From an uncultured Spirochaetota bacterium (lineage in GTDB: Bacteria > Spirochaetota > Spirochaetia > SZUA-6 > CAVTHK01): a stretch of DNA of 64,000 nucleotides. The position numbers and the translations under genes are program-made. Location of the stretch: the NCBI GenBank assembly GCA_963734495.1, contig CAVTHK010000002.1, positions 195,346-259,345 on the forward strand, in the 5' to 3' direction. The notes under the pieces were generated by a model that saw only the letters and a program-made list of their open reading frames with translations, had not been told where the DNA came from and searched no databases. Shown one piece after another: positions 52,552-62,439 of the stretch. Positions within the stretch are counted from its first letter, which is position 1, and each line of letters opens with the position of its first letter.

Positions 52552-53107
52552 GGAGGCGCCGGGCCCCGGCAGGGGGCGCGTGCGCAGCACGACGGTCGTC
52601 GCCGTCCGCAGGGACGGCCGCGTTGCCATGGCCGGCGACGGGCAGGTCACGATGGGCCAGACCGTGGTCAAGGGCAACGCCCGCAAGGTGCGCCACATCT
52701 ATGACGGCAAGATCCTGGTGGGGTTTGCCGGGGCGACCGCGGACGCCTTCACTCTCTTCGAGAAGTTCGAGGAGAAGGTCAGGGAGCGGGGCGGCGACCT
52801 CACGCGCGCCGCCGTCGAGCTGGCCAAGGAGTGGAGGACCGACCGGGCGCTGAGGCGCCTGGAGGCGCTGCTCCTCGTCGCCGACCGGGAGAAGACGCTG
52901 CTGATCTCCGGGACGGGCGATGTCATCGAGCCGGAGGAGGGCGTCATCGCGATCGGCAGCGGGGGGAGCTACGCCTACGCGGCGGCGCTCGCCTACCTCG
53001 AGTCGTCGGCGCTCAGCGCGCGGGAGATCGCCGAGCGGGCGCTTCACGTGGCCGCCCGCATCTGCATCTACACCAACGACGAGGTCACGGTGGAGGAGCT
53101 GGCGTGA
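52532..53107 (+). CDS. hslV: ATP-dependent protease peptidase subunit HslV
   Basis: [45 protein letters not shown]; start could be GTG 52580. Confidence 0.96.
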   Translation: MGTKRAREAPGPGRGRVRSTTVVAVRRDGRVAMAGDGQVTMGQTVVKGNARKVRHIYDGKILVGFAGATADAFTLFEKFEEKVRERGGDLTRAAVELAKEWRTDRALRRLEALLLVADREKTLLISGTGDVIEPEEGVIAIGSGGSYAYAAALAYLESSALSAREIAERALHVAARICIYTNDEVTVEELA

Positions 53108-54450
53108 AGATAGACCTGGACACCCTCACTCCCCGCGAGATCGTTCGCGAGCTCGACAAGTACATCATCGGGCAGGGCAAGGCCAAGCGCGCCGTCGCGA
53201 TCGCCCTGCGCAACCGCCTGCGCCGGCGCAAGCTCCCGCCCGAGCTGCGCGACGAGGTGGCCCCGAAGAACATCATCATGATCGGGCCCACGGGCGTCGG
53301 CAAGACCGAGATCGCCCGCCGCATCGCGAAGCTGTGCGGCGCCCCGTTCATCAAGGTCGAAGCGAGCAAGTACACCGAGGTGGGCTACGTGGGCCGCGAC
53401 GTCGAGTCGATGATCCGCGACCTCATGAGCATGGCCGTCTCGATGGTCAGGACGGAGATGCAGGAGGGCGTGCGCGAGGAGGCCGCGCGGAGGGTGGAGG
53501 AGGGGCTGCTGGACCTTCTCCTTCCGGGCGTCGGCGCGCCCAAGCCCGAAGAGCCCCTGGCGGAGGGCGCATCCGCGACGCGCGAGAAGTTCCGCCGGAT
53601 GCTCCGCGACAAGCAGCTCGAGGAGCGCCTCGTCGAAGTCGACGTGACTCGCAAGGCCTCGCCTTCGATGCAGGTCTTCTCGGGCACGACGTTCGAAGAG
53701 ATGGACATCAACCTCGGCAACCTGGGCAGCATCTTCGGGCAGAAAAAGAAGAAGAAGCGGGTCACGGTGGGCCAGGCCCGCGAGCTGCTGCTCACCGAGG
53801 AGATGGACCGGCTGGTGGACATGGACCGCGTGTCCGAGGAGGCCAAGTCGCGGGCCGAGGAGATGGGGATCATCTTTATCGACGAGATCGACAAGATCGC
53901 GAGCAAGGACGGGGGCCGCTTCGGGCCGGACGTCTCGCGCGAGGGCGTCCAGCGCGACATCCTCCCGATCGTGGAAGGCAGCACGGTCAACACCCGCTAC
54001 GGGATCATCGACACCACGCACATCCTTTTCATAGCCGCGGGGGCCTTCCACATGAGCAAGCCTTCGGACCTGATCCCCGAGCTGCAGGGGCGGTTCCCGC
54101 TGCGGGTCGAGCTCGCGGCCCTCACCAAAGAGGACTTCACCAAAATCCTGACGCAGCCGAAGAACGCGCTGCTGCGCCAGTACAGCGAGCTGCTCGCCAC
54201 GGAAAAGGTGGCCCTGGAGTTCGACGAGGGCGCCATCGAGCGGATCTCGCAGATCGCGAGCGACGTGAACTCGAGGGCCGAGAACATCGGCGCGCGGCGG
54301 CTGTACACGATCATGGAGCTCCTGCTGGAGGAACTGTCCTTTACGGCTCCGGAGATCGCCGGGCAGGCGGTCAAGATCACAAAGGAGTACGTGGACGAGA
54401 AGCTGCTGGGGGTGATCGAGGATCGCGACCTGACGCGCTTCATCCTGTAG
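53104..54450 (+). CDS. hslU: ATP-dependent protease ATPase subunit HslU
   Basis: [46 protein letters not shown]. Confidence 0.97.
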   Translation: MKIDLDTLTPREIVRELDKYIIGQGKAKRAVAIALRNRLRRRKLPPELRDEVAPKNIIMIGPTGVGKTEIARRIAKLCGAPFIKVEASKYTEVGYVGRDVESMIRDLMSMAVSMVRTEMQEGVREEAARRVEEGLLDLLLPGVGAPKPEEPLAEGASATREKFRRMLRDKQLEERLVEVDVTRKASPSMQVFSGTTFEEMDINLGNLGSIFGQKKKKKRVTVGQARELLLTEEMDRLVDMDRVSEEAKSRAEEMGIIFIDEIDKIASKDGGRFGPDVSREGVQRDILPIVEGSTVNTRYGIIDTTHILFIAAGAFHMSKPSDLIPELQGRFPLRVELAALTKEDFTKILTQPKNALLRQYSELLATEKVALEFDEGAIERISQIASDVNSRAENIGARRLYTIMELLLEELSFTAPEIAGQAVKITKEYVDEKLLGVIEDRDLTRFIL

Positions 54451-54581
54451 GGGGGAGGCGGGCGGCTCGGCCGGCGTCCGGCCGTAGCCCGGGCGCGGTC
54501 CGCCGCGCCCAGGCCGCATGCAGCAGCGGCGGTCGAGGTCCGCCGCAAGTCGGGCGGCTACCCGACCGGAGCGCTCACCCT

Positions 54582-54609
54582 TAAGGGCGCCCCGGGAACG
54601 GGTCGAAAC
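54582..54609 (+). promoter_or_regulatory. possible sigma28-type promoter for flgB
   Basis: TAAG-N16-GTCGAAAC versus consensus TAAA-N15/16-GCCGATAA, ~30 nt before flgB. Confidence 0.35.
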
Positions 54610-54637
54610 TAGAGGTAACGAGGAGGGGGAGGACCCG

Positions 54638-55054
54638 ATGTTTTTCACCGGCGGATTCGCCAGGAACGTGGAGATGCTCCGGCGGTCGATGGGCGTGGCC
54701 GTGCTGCGCAACGAGGTGATCGCCAACAACATAGCCAACTCCGACACGCCCAACTTCAAGCGGAGCGTCGTCAACTTCGAGAGCGCGCTCAAGCGGGCGC
54801 TGGCGAGCGAGCAGGTCCGGCCGTTCCCGGCCCTGGTCACCGACGAACGGCACATGCAGTTCCAGCGGCCGATCGACTGGCGCGAGGTCAAGCCGTCCGT
54901 CGTCTGGGATTACCTGAGCACGTCGAAGAACAACGGCAACAACGTGGACATCGAGCAGGAGACGATGGACGAGCTGCACAACCAGATGATGTACACGACC
55001 CTGGCGCAGGCGGTCTCGAGCGCCTTCAACCAGGTGAACATCGTCCTGAGGTAG
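54638..55054 (+). CDS. flgB: flagellar basal-body rod protein FlgB
   Basis: VIANNIANSDTPNFKR, NNGNNVDIEQE. Confidence 0.96.
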   Translation: MFFTGGFARNVEMLRRSMGVAVLRNEVIANNIANSDTPNFKRSVVNFESALKRALASEQVRPFPALVTDERHMQFQRPIDWREVKPSVVWDYLSTSKNNGNNVDIEQETMDELHNQMMYTTLAQAVSSAFNQVNIVLR

Positions 55055-55065
55055 GAGAGGCATCC

Positions 55066-55527
55066 ATGGGACTGTTCTCATCGATCAACGTCGCCGCGAC
55101 CGGGCTCACCGCGCAGCGGACCCGGCTCGACGTGGTCGCCAACAACATCGCGAACGCCGATTCCACGCGGACCACCGAGGGCGGGCCGTTCCGCCGCAGC
55201 CGCGTGATCTTCCGGCCGAGGACCGACCAGCCGTACTGGAGGGGGCCGTACCTGCCCGCGTATCTCGACAACAACCCCCAGAGGGGAGTGAGGATCGTGA
55301 AGATCGACAAGGACTACGACAGCCAGCCGCGGCTGGTCTACGACCCCTCGCACCCGGACGCCATCAAGTCCGGGCCGCGCAAGGGGTACGTCGAGTACTC
55401 GAACGTCAACGTGGTCAACGAGATGGTCGACATGATCTCGGCCTCGCGGTCCTACGAGGCCAACGTGGCGATCATCAACGGGGCCAAGGCCATGTTCCAG
55501 CGCGGGCTGGAGATCGCGAGGGCATGA
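55066..55527 (+). CDS. flgC: flagellar basal-body rod protein FlgC
   Basis: GLTAQRTRLDVVANNIANA, YDPSHPDA, NVNVVNEMVDMISASRSYEAN. Confidence 0.97.
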   Translation: MGLFSSINVAATGLTAQRTRLDVVANNIANADSTRTTEGGPFRRSRVIFRPRTDQPYWRGPYLPAYLDNNPQRGVRIVKIDKDYDSQPRLVYDPSHPDAIKSGPRKGYVEYSNVNVVNEMVDMISASRSYEANVAIINGAKAMFQRGLEIARA

Positions 55528-55904
55528 TGTACATACCTCCCGCTGCGGCCAAAGGGCACGTCGTGAGCCTGCTGCGGACCGATCCCCGGCACCTGCCGGG
55601 CACCGGCCTCAAGGGGGGCCCGGGTCCCGCGCCGGGGCCGTCTCCCGCCTCGCAGGCGGTGACGTTCCCCAGGGAAGAGCCCGTCAAGAGCTTCGGCGAG
55701 CTGTTCACAAAGGCGTTCGAGCAGGTCAACCAGACGATGCTCCGCAGCCAGGCGCTGTCGGAGCAGATGATCACGGACCCGGATTCCGTGGACGTCCACG
55801 ACCTTTCGATCGCGATGGCGGAGGCCAACCTGGCGATCTCGATGACCAAGAGCATCGTGGATCGGGCCGTCAGGGCCTACCAGCAGATCACGACGGAGCG
55901 ATAG
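55524..55904 (+). CDS. fliE: flagellar hook-basal body protein FliE
   Basis: SFGELF, DVHDLSIAMAEA, DRAVRAYQQI. Confidence 0.92.
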   Translation: MMYIPPAAAKGHVVSLLRTDPRHLPGTGLKGGPGPAPGPSPASQAVTFPREEPVKSFGELFTKAFEQVNQTMLRSQALSEQMITDPDSVDVHDLSIAMAEANLAISMTKSIVDRAVRAYQQITTER

Positions 55905-56073
55905 CGCGGCCGCGGGCGCCGCGGCGCCGGGCCGGCGCACGGGGGGTGCCCGGGCGACGGGGCCGGCGGGGGCCCGACGGCGGCAAAGCGGGGCGTTTCA
56001 AGGAGGCGCCGGAGTACTCGCGGGGTGCGCCCCGCTTGTGACAACGTGAGGCGTTCATTCATCGGGAGGGGAA

Positions 56074-57786
56074 ATGAACGAGTGGTTGCAGAAGCTCTTC
56101 GCACAGCTGCGTGAGCTGTGGAGCAAGTGGACGACGACGCAGAAGGCCATCCTTCTAGGCGTCGTCGGCGCGCTCGCGGTGGCGCTGGTGCTGCTGGGGA
56201 CTCTGACCTCCAAGCCGCCGATGGCTCCGCTGTGGGGCGTGCCGATCAAAGACCAGTCGCTGCTCACGCGCACGGTCACCAAGCTCGACGACGAGATCCC
56301 CGGCCGCTACCAGGTCCGCCCAGACAACGTGATCCTGGTGGCCGACGAGAAGACCGCCCGGGCGATGAGGGCGGTGCTGTTCAGGGAGGACCTGGTTCCC
56401 AAGGACATCGATCCCTGGGACGTCTTCGACACCGAGCGCTTCACGCTCACGGACTTCGAGCGGCGGGTCAACCTCAGGCGAGCGCTCACCAGGAGCCTCC
56501 AGCTGCACATCGAGGCGCTCGAGGACGTCGACAGGGCCAACATCATCCTCGACATCCCCGAGGACGCGCTCTTCACCCAGGACCAGAAGCCCATCACGGC
56601 CTCCATCCAGATCACGCCGAAGCCCGGAAGCGACATCACGGACAACCGAAAGAAGGTCGAGGGCATCGTCAAGCTGGTCAAGTTCGCGATCGCGGGGCTC
56701 AAGGACGAGAACATCGTCGTCACCGACAACAGGGGCGTGGTCCTGAACGACTTCAAGAACCTCGCCGACGTGGACCGGCTCGACCTCGCCAAGCGCGAGC
56801 TCGCCGAGAAAGCGAAGCTCGAGAACCGGTACAAGGCCGAAGTGCTCCAGAGCTTGAGCGAGTTCTACACGCGCGACCGCATCGAGATCGTCAAGATGGA
56901 GCTCGATCTCGACATGAGCAAGGAGACGAGCAAGACCAAGGAGTTCTTCCCGATCACGCTCAAGCCGGACAATCCCCGCACTCCGTACGACGAGAGCCAG
57001 GTGATCCCCTCCACGACGCTGTCTTCGGAGACTTCGAGCCGCGACTGGACGGGCACGGGCATCAACCCGGAGGGTCCTCCGGGGCAGGAGGGGCAGACGC
57101 CGCCCGCGTACAAGGACCTGAGCAACCTCGCGGGGACCCTCAAGGAGCGCTCGGAGATCAAGAACGAGGCCATCAACGAGCGCAACACGGAGCGGCAGGA
57201 GCGGCCGTGGAACATCCGAAGGGTGACCGCTTCGGTCGCCATTGACGGCGTCTGGAAATGGGCCTATGATGAAAAAGGGAACGTCAAGCTCAACCCGGAC
57301 GGGAGCATCGCGAGGGAGTACGCCCCCGTGTCGCCGGAGGAGCTCAAGACGGTCGAGGCCCTGGTGCGCGACGCGATCGGGTTCAACGCGAACAGGGGCG
57401 ACTCGGTCACCGTGGCCCACCTGCAGAAGGACCGGCGCGCCGAGCACTTTGCCGAAGACAGCGTCTTCCGCAGGCAGAGACAGGTCCGGGAGGCGGTCCT
57501 CTGGGCGCTGATCGGTCTCGGGGCCGTCCTCGCCGTGTTCATTTTCGTGCGGGTACTGTCGAAGTATCTCGAACGGCGCCGGCGCGAAAAGGAAGAGGAG
57601 CTCGCGCGGCAGCACCAGGCCATGCGCGAGGCCGCCCTGCGCAGCGCGGAGGAGCAGGGCATGGAAGTCGAGCTCTCGATCGAGGACCGGGCGCGGCAGG
57701 AGATGCAGGAGAACGCCGTCAACATGGCGCGCGAGCATCCCGAGGACGTCGCCCAGCTCATCCGCACCTGGCTCATGGAGGAATAG
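56074..57786 (+). CDS. fliF: flagellar MS-ring protein FliF
   Basis: Two TM segments, LTDFER, IPEDALF, ASVAIDG, AIGFNANRGDSVTV, PEDVAQLIRTW. Confidence 0.95.
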   Translation: MNEWLQKLFAQLRELWSKWTTTQKAILLGVVGALAVALVLLGTLTSKPPMAPLWGVPIKDQSLLTRTVTKLDDEIPGRYQVRPDNVILVADEKTARAMRAVLFREDLVPKDIDPWDVFDTERFTLTDFERRVNLRRALTRSLQLHIEALEDVDRANIILDIPEDALFTQDQKPITASIQITPKPGSDITDNRKKVEGIVKLVKFAIAGLKDENIVVTDNRGVVLNDFKNLADVDRLDLAKRELAEKAKLENRYKAEVLQSLSEFYTRDRIEIVKMELDLDMSKETSKTKEFFPITLKPDNPRTPYDESQVIPSTTLSSETSSRDWTGTGINPEGPPGQEGQTPPAYKDLSNLAGTLKERSEIKNEAINERNTERQERPWNIRRVTASVAIDGVWKWAYDEKGNVKLNPDGSIAREYAPVSPEELKTVEALVRDAIGFNANRGDSVTVAHLQKDRRAEHFAEDSVFRRQRQVREAVLWALIGLGAVLAVFIFVRVLSKYLERRRREKEEELARQHQAMREAALRSAEEQGMEVELSIEDRARQEMQENAVNMAREHPEDVAQLIRTWLMEE

Positions 57787-57814
57787 CGGATGAGCCGCAC
57801 CCAAGGAGACCGTC

Positions 57815-58915
57815 ATGGCGAAAGCACCCGCTAGGCGCACGCCCTCGGCGGCGGGCGCAGCGGCGGCCGCCGCGCCCGCACTCAGCGTCAAGAAGACCGG
57901 AGGCCCGGGGCATCGCAAGAACCTCACCGGGAGGCAGAAGGCGGCGATCTTTCTCGTGACCCTGGGGTCGGAAGTCGCCAGCGAGATCTTCAAGCACCTG
58001 CGCGAGGACGAGATCGAGCAGCTCACGTTCGAGATCGCCCGCCTGGAGACCATCGAGGCTTCGGACAGGGACCTGGTGCTCACCGAGTTCCAGGAGCTGA
58101 TGATGGCGCAGGACTTTATCTCGACGGGCGGCATCGACTACGCCCGCGAGATCCTCGAGCGGTCCCTCGGGTCGCAGAAGGCCGTCGACATCATCAACCG
58201 GCTTACGAGCTCGCTGCAGGTCAAGCCGTTCGACTTTATCCGCAGGACCGACCCCGCGCACCTGCTCAACTTTATCCAGCAGGAGCATCCGCAGACGATC
58301 GCCCTGATCCTGGCGTACCTGGAGCCGCAGAAGGCCTCGATGATCCTGGGCAGCCTCCCGCACGAGATCCAGTCCGACGTGGCCAAGCGCATCGCGACGA
58401 TGGACAGGACCACGCCGGAGGTCCTGCGCGAGGTCGAGAGAGTGCTCGAGAAGAAGCTCTCCACGCTCTCCAGCGAGGACTACACGGAGGCCGGCGGGGT
58501 GGAGAGCATCGTCGACATCCTCAACCTCGTGGACCGCTCCACGGAGAAGACCATCATCGAGAGCCTCGAGGAGGAGGACCCCGAGCTCGCCGAGGAGATC
58601 AAGAAGCGGATGTTCGTGTTCGAGGACATCGTCCTGCTCGACGACCGCGCGATCCAGAAGGTGCTGCGCGAGGTCGACACGACGGAGCTGGCGAAAGCCC
58701 TCAAGAGCGTGGACTCCGAGGTGCAGGACAAGATCTTCCGCAACATGTCCAAGCGCGCGGCGACGCTGCTCAAGGAGGACATGGAGTACATGGGTCCCGT
58801 CCGGCTCAAGGACGTGGAGGAGTCGCAGCAGAAGATCGTCTCCATCATCCGCAAGCTGGAGGAGCAGGGCGAGATCGTCGTCGCCCGCGCCGGCGAAGAG
58901 GAGATGGTCGTCTAG
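57815..58915 (+). CDS. fliG: flagellar motor switch protein FliG
   Basis: LTGRQKAAIFL, GGIDYA, EHPQTIALIL, MFVFEDI, NMSKRAA, GPVRLKDVEE. Confidence 0.98.
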   Translation: MAKAPARRTPSAAGAAAAAAPALSVKKTGGPGHRKNLTGRQKAAIFLVTLGSEVASEIFKHLREDEIEQLTFEIARLETIEASDRDLVLTEFQELMMAQDFISTGGIDYAREILERSLGSQKAVDIINRLTSSLQVKPFDFIRRTDPAHLLNFIQQEHPQTIALILAYLEPQKASMILGSLPHEIQSDVAKRIATMDRTTPEVLREVERVLEKKLSTLSSEDYTEAGGVESIVDILNLVDRSTEKTIIESLEEEDPELAEEIKKRMFVFEDIVLLDDRAIQKVLREVDTTELAKALKSVDSEVQDKIFRNMSKRAATLLKEDMEYMGPVRLKDVEESQQKIVSIIRKLEEQGEIVVARAGEEEMVV

Positions 58916-58972
58916 GCCCATCCCGCGCGCGGGGTGCGTCCCGCGCAGCGGGGCGGAGCCGGGGGCGCCGCC

Positions 58973-59899
58973 ATGGCAAAGCACGTTTTCCGACCGACGG
59001 AGATCGTCAACCTCACCCGCAAGGTCTATATCGAGCCGCCGCGGCCCGCCGAGCCGGCGCTCGAGCCTGCGCCCCCGGAGGCGGCCGCGCCCGGCACGGG
59101 CGAGCCGTACGCGGGGCCGACGATCGAGGAGCTGCGCCGCGAGGCGGAGGAGTTCCGCGCCGGCTGGGAGAGCGAAAAAGAATCGATGACCGCGGCCGCG
59201 CGGGCCGAGGCGGAGCGGATCGTCAAGGAGGCCGAGCAGGCCGCCTTTGACGAGGTCCGCCGGAAGAACGACCAGGCCAAGAAGGTGCGGCAGGAGGCGG
59301 AGGACCAGGCGCGCGCGATCGCCGAGCAGGCCAGGCAGGAAGCCGCGCGGATCGAGCAGGAGGCCCGCGACCGCGTCGCCGCGCTCGAGAAGGAGACTTC
59401 CAACAAGGGGTTCGAGGAAGGGCGCGCGGCGGGCTTCGAGACCGGCGAGGCCGAGGTCAAACGCCTGGTCGAGAGGCTGCACGTCGTCCTGACGTCCGCC
59501 ATCGAGAAGCGCAACCAGATCATCGAGGAATCGGAGTCGCAGCTCATCAACCTCGTGCTGCAGATCTCGCAGAAGGTGATCAAGGTTCTCTCGGAGAACC
59601 AGAAGAACGTCGTGATCAACAACGTGATCCAGTCCCTGCGCAAGCTCAAGAGCCGCGGCGCCGTGGTCATCCGCGTGAACCTGGCGGACCTGGAGCTCAC
59701 GACGCAGCACACGCAGGACTTTCTCAAGAGCGTCGAGAACGTCAAGTCGATCACCGTCCTGGAGGACAGCACCGTCGACAAGGGCGGCTGCGTGATCGAG
59801 ACCGACTTTGGCGAGATCGACGCGAGGATCTCGTCGCAGCTGCAGGAGATCGAGGAGAGGATCCTGGAGCTCGCGCCGATCCGGACGAGGTCGGGGTAG
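58973..59899 (+). CDS. fliH: flagellar assembly protein FliH
   Basis: MAKHVFRPTE, coiled coil, GFEEGRAAGFETG, IRVNLAD, GGCVIETDFGEIDA. Confidence 0.95.
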   Translation: MAKHVFRPTEIVNLTRKVYIEPPRPAEPALEPAPPEAAAPGTGEPYAGPTIEELRREAEEFRAGWESEKESMTAAARAEAERIVKEAEQAAFDEVRRKNDQAKKVRQEAEDQARAIAEQARQEAARIEQEARDRVAALEKETSNKGFEEGRAAGFETGEAEVKRLVERLHVVLTSAIEKRNQIIEESESQLINLVLQISQKVIKVLSENQKNVVINNVIQSLRKLKSRGAVVIRVNLADLELTTQHTQDFLKSVENVKSITVLEDSTVDKGGCVIETDFGEIDARISSQLQEIEERILELAPIRTRSG

Positions 59900-59982
59900 C
59901 AGACGATTCTGCCCGCCCGGGCGACCGGGGCGGGCCGCGACATGTCACAGCCGTGTCGGCGAGTCCAACCGGGGAGGGGAGT

Positions 59983-61296
59983 ATGGGCGCGCTGGACAAG
60001 TATGCATCCGTGGTCTCCGCGCTCGATCCCATCAAGTACACCGGCAGGGTCGAGAAGGTGCAGGGCCTGCTCATCGAGTGCCGCGGGCCCGTGGCCGTGG
60101 TGGGCGAGGTGTGCCAGATCGCGATCGCCTCGACGGGCCGCTCGGTGTGGGCGGAGGTGGTCGGGCTGCGCGGCCCCCACGTGCAGCTCATGCCCTACGA
60201 CGAGATGGAAGGGATCGAGGTCGGGGACGCCGTCATCGCGTCGGGGGCGCCGCTCTCCATCCCGGTCTCGGAGCGCCTGCTCGGCCGCGTCGTGGACGCG
60301 ATGGGCAGGCCGATCGACGGCCGGGGGGACGCCGGCGGAGGCGCGACCGCTTCGATCTTCAGGGGGCCCCCCGACGTGCTTTCGAGGAAGCGCATCACCG
60401 AGCCTGTCGCGACGGGCGTGCGCTCGATCGACGCCCTGGCGACCGCGGGAAAGGGCCAGCGGCTCGGGATCTTTTCCGGCAGCGGCGTCGGCAAGAGCAC
60501 GCTGCTCGGGATGATCGCGCGCAACACCTCCGCCGACGTCAACGTCATCGCCCTGATCGGCGAGCGCGGGCGCGAAGTGCGCGAGTTCATTGAGAACGAC
60601 CTGGGTCCGGAGGGGCTGGCGCGCTCGGTGGTGGTGGTTTCCACGTCGAACAAGCCTCCCCTCTCCCGCGTGCGGGGCGCGTTTGTCGCCACCGCCATTG
60701 CCGAGTACTTCCGCGACCGGGGCCGCGACGTGATGCTGCTGTTCGACTCCGTGACGAGGTTCGCCTGGGCGCAGCGCGAGATCGGGCTGGCCATCGGGGA
60801 GCCGCCCGCGAGCCGGGGCTTCACGCCGTCGGTGTTCACGCTGCTCCCGAAGCTCCTCGAGCGCTGCGGCACCTCCGACCGCGGCACCATCACGGCCTTC
60901 TACACCATCCTGGTCGAAGGCGACGACCTCGACGAGCCGATCTCGGACGCGGTCCGCGGCGTGCTCGACGGGCACCTCGTGCTGTCCCGCGCGCTGGCCG
61001 AGCGCACTCACTACCCCGCCGTCGACGTGCTGCGCTCGATCTCCCGCCTCGCGATCAAGGTGACGGACGCGCGCACGCGCAAGGCCGCGGCCGCGGTCAA
61101 GCGCCTGATGGCGGTGTACGCCGAGGCCGAGGACCTGATCAACGTCGGAGCCTACGCCAAGGGGACCAGCGCGGACATCGACCTGGCGATCGAGAAGATC
61201 GGGGAGATCAACGCGTTCCTGCAGCAGGACATCGAGGAGAAGGCCGGCATGGAGCAGACCCTTGCCCGGCTCGCGGAGATCGCGGGAGTGGAGTGA
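59983..61296 (+). CDS. fliI: flagellum-specific ATPase FliI
   Basis: GQRLGIFSGSGVGKST, IGERGREV, DSVTRFA, LDGHLVLSR, YPAVDVLRS. Confidence 0.97.
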   Translation: MGALDKYASVVSALDPIKYTGRVEKVQGLLIECRGPVAVVGEVCQIAIASTGRSVWAEVVGLRGPHVQLMPYDEMEGIEVGDAVIASGAPLSIPVSERLLGRVVDAMGRPIDGRGDAGGGATASIFRGPPDVLSRKRITEPVATGVRSIDALATAGKGQRLGIFSGSGVGKSTLLGMIARNTSADVNVIALIGERGREVREFIENDLGPEGLARSVVVVSTSNKPPLSRVRGAFVATAIAEYFRDRGRDVMLLFDSVTRFAWAQREIGLAIGEPPASRGFTPSVFTLLPKLLERCGTSDRGTITAFYTILVEGDDLDEPISDAVRGVLDGHLVLSRALAERTHYPAVDVLRSISRLAIKVTDARTRKAAAAVKRLMAVYAEAEDLINVGAYAKGTSADIDLAIEKIGEINAFLQQDIEEKAGMEQTLARLAEIAGVE

Positions 61297-61299
61297 GAG

Positions 61300-61797
61300 G
61301 TGCTCAGGTTCCGTTTCCGCCTCGAGCGTTTCCTCGACATCAAGCGCTACCGCGAGCGGCAGGCGGAGCTCGCCCTGGCCGCGGCGACCTCGCGATGCAT
61401 CGAGCTGCAGAACCGCATGGCCGACGCGAAGGCGCGCATGGCGCGGGAGCTCGTCGAGAGGGCCGCGCCCGGCAGCCTCGATCTCGATCAGTGGAAATGG
61501 AGCGAGGCCTATCGAAGGCGCCTCGCCGACGTGTATGAGGCCGGCGCCCGGGACCTGGTCATCAGGGAAAAGGAGCGGCGGCAGGCGCAGAAGGTCTACC
61601 TCGACGCGACGCGGGAGCGCAGGGTGCTGGACAAGCTGCGCGAGCGGCGGGAGCGGGACTACTACCACGAGGCGAAGCGCCGCGAGGCCAGGGTCCTCGA
61701 CGACGTGAGCCAGTCGGGCCGCGTGGGCCGATCCGGAACGGGCCCCTCGAGGACTCGGGACTTGGGACCTGGCGAAGACGCCAGGTCGGAGGAGTGA
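61300..61797 (+). CDS. fliJ: flagellar export protein FliJ (FlbA-like position)
   Basis: FRFRLERFLDIK, coiled coil, VLDKLRERR; after fliI; C-terminal tail encoded by a repeat. Confidence 0.85.
   Translation: MLRFRFRLERFLDIKRYRERQAELALAAATSRCIELQNRMADAKARMARELVERAAPGSLDLDQWKWSEAYRRRLADVYEAGARDLVIREKERRQAQKVYLDATRERRVLDKLRERRERDYYHEAKRREARVLDDVSQSGRVGRSGTGPSRTRDLGPGEDARSEE
61740..61787 (+). repeat. 48-bp hairpin repeat, copy A
   Basis: GGGCCCCTCGAGGACTCGGGACTTGGGACCTGGCGAAGACGCCAGGTC, near-identical to the copies at 63889 and 63937. Confidence 0.9.
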
Positions 61798-61800
61798 GGC

Positions 61801-62421
61801 ATGTACGGTGGCATGGGATCGGGTGCGAGGATGCTCGCGCTGCTGCTTCTCGTGCTTGTGCTGGCCGCGGGCGGCCTGATCTGGTTCGACTACCTGGGTC
61901 TGATCGACGCGAGGTCGATGCTCGGGCCCGTGCGGCGCCTCGTGGGGCTGCAGGTCATCGCCCCGGTCGGCCAGCCCGACGACCCCCTGCTCCTGGAACG
62001 GGAGCGGCTGGCCAAGGACCGGGACGCCGTGGAGCGGACGAGGGCGGACCTCGACAAGCGGGAACGCGAGCTCAAGGCACGCGATGACCAGTCGACCGAG
62101 ATCCGGGACCAGCTGGCCGAAAAGGAACGCGCCCTCCAGGACCGGGAAAAATCGTTCAACGAGCGGCTCGCAGCTTTCGAGAATAGAAGGGTAAGCCTGG
62201 AGCAGAACGCCCAGTACCTGGTGGGCATGCCTCCGGAGAAGGCCGTCGCCATGCTCCTGGCGATGACCAGCGACACGGATGTGATCGACATCCTCCGGAT
62301 GGCAGAGGAGAACGCTCGGCAGGCCGGCGAGGTCTCCCTCGTCTCCTACTGGCTCTCCCTGATGCCCCCGGAACGGAGCGCGGCACTCCTGCGGAAGATG
62401 GGGAGGCCGGGCGTTCGGTGA
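61801..62421 (+). CDS. flbB: periplasmic flagellar collar protein FlbB-like
   Basis: N-terminal TM ending GGLIWFDYLG, coiled coil, MPPEKAV, SYWLSLMPPERSA; position after fliJ as in spirochaetes. Confidence 0.8.
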   Translation: MYGGMGSGARMLALLLLVLVLAAGGLIWFDYLGLIDARSMLGPVRRLVGLQVIAPVGQPDDPLLLERERLAKDRDAVERTRADLDKRERELKARDDQSTEIRDQLAEKERALQDREKSFNERLAAFENRRVSLEQNAQYLVGMPPEKAVAMLLAMTSDTDVIDILRMAEENARQAGEVSLVSYWLSLMPPERSAALLRKMGRPGVR

Positions 62422-62439
62422 CAGCGCTGGAGGTGCGCG

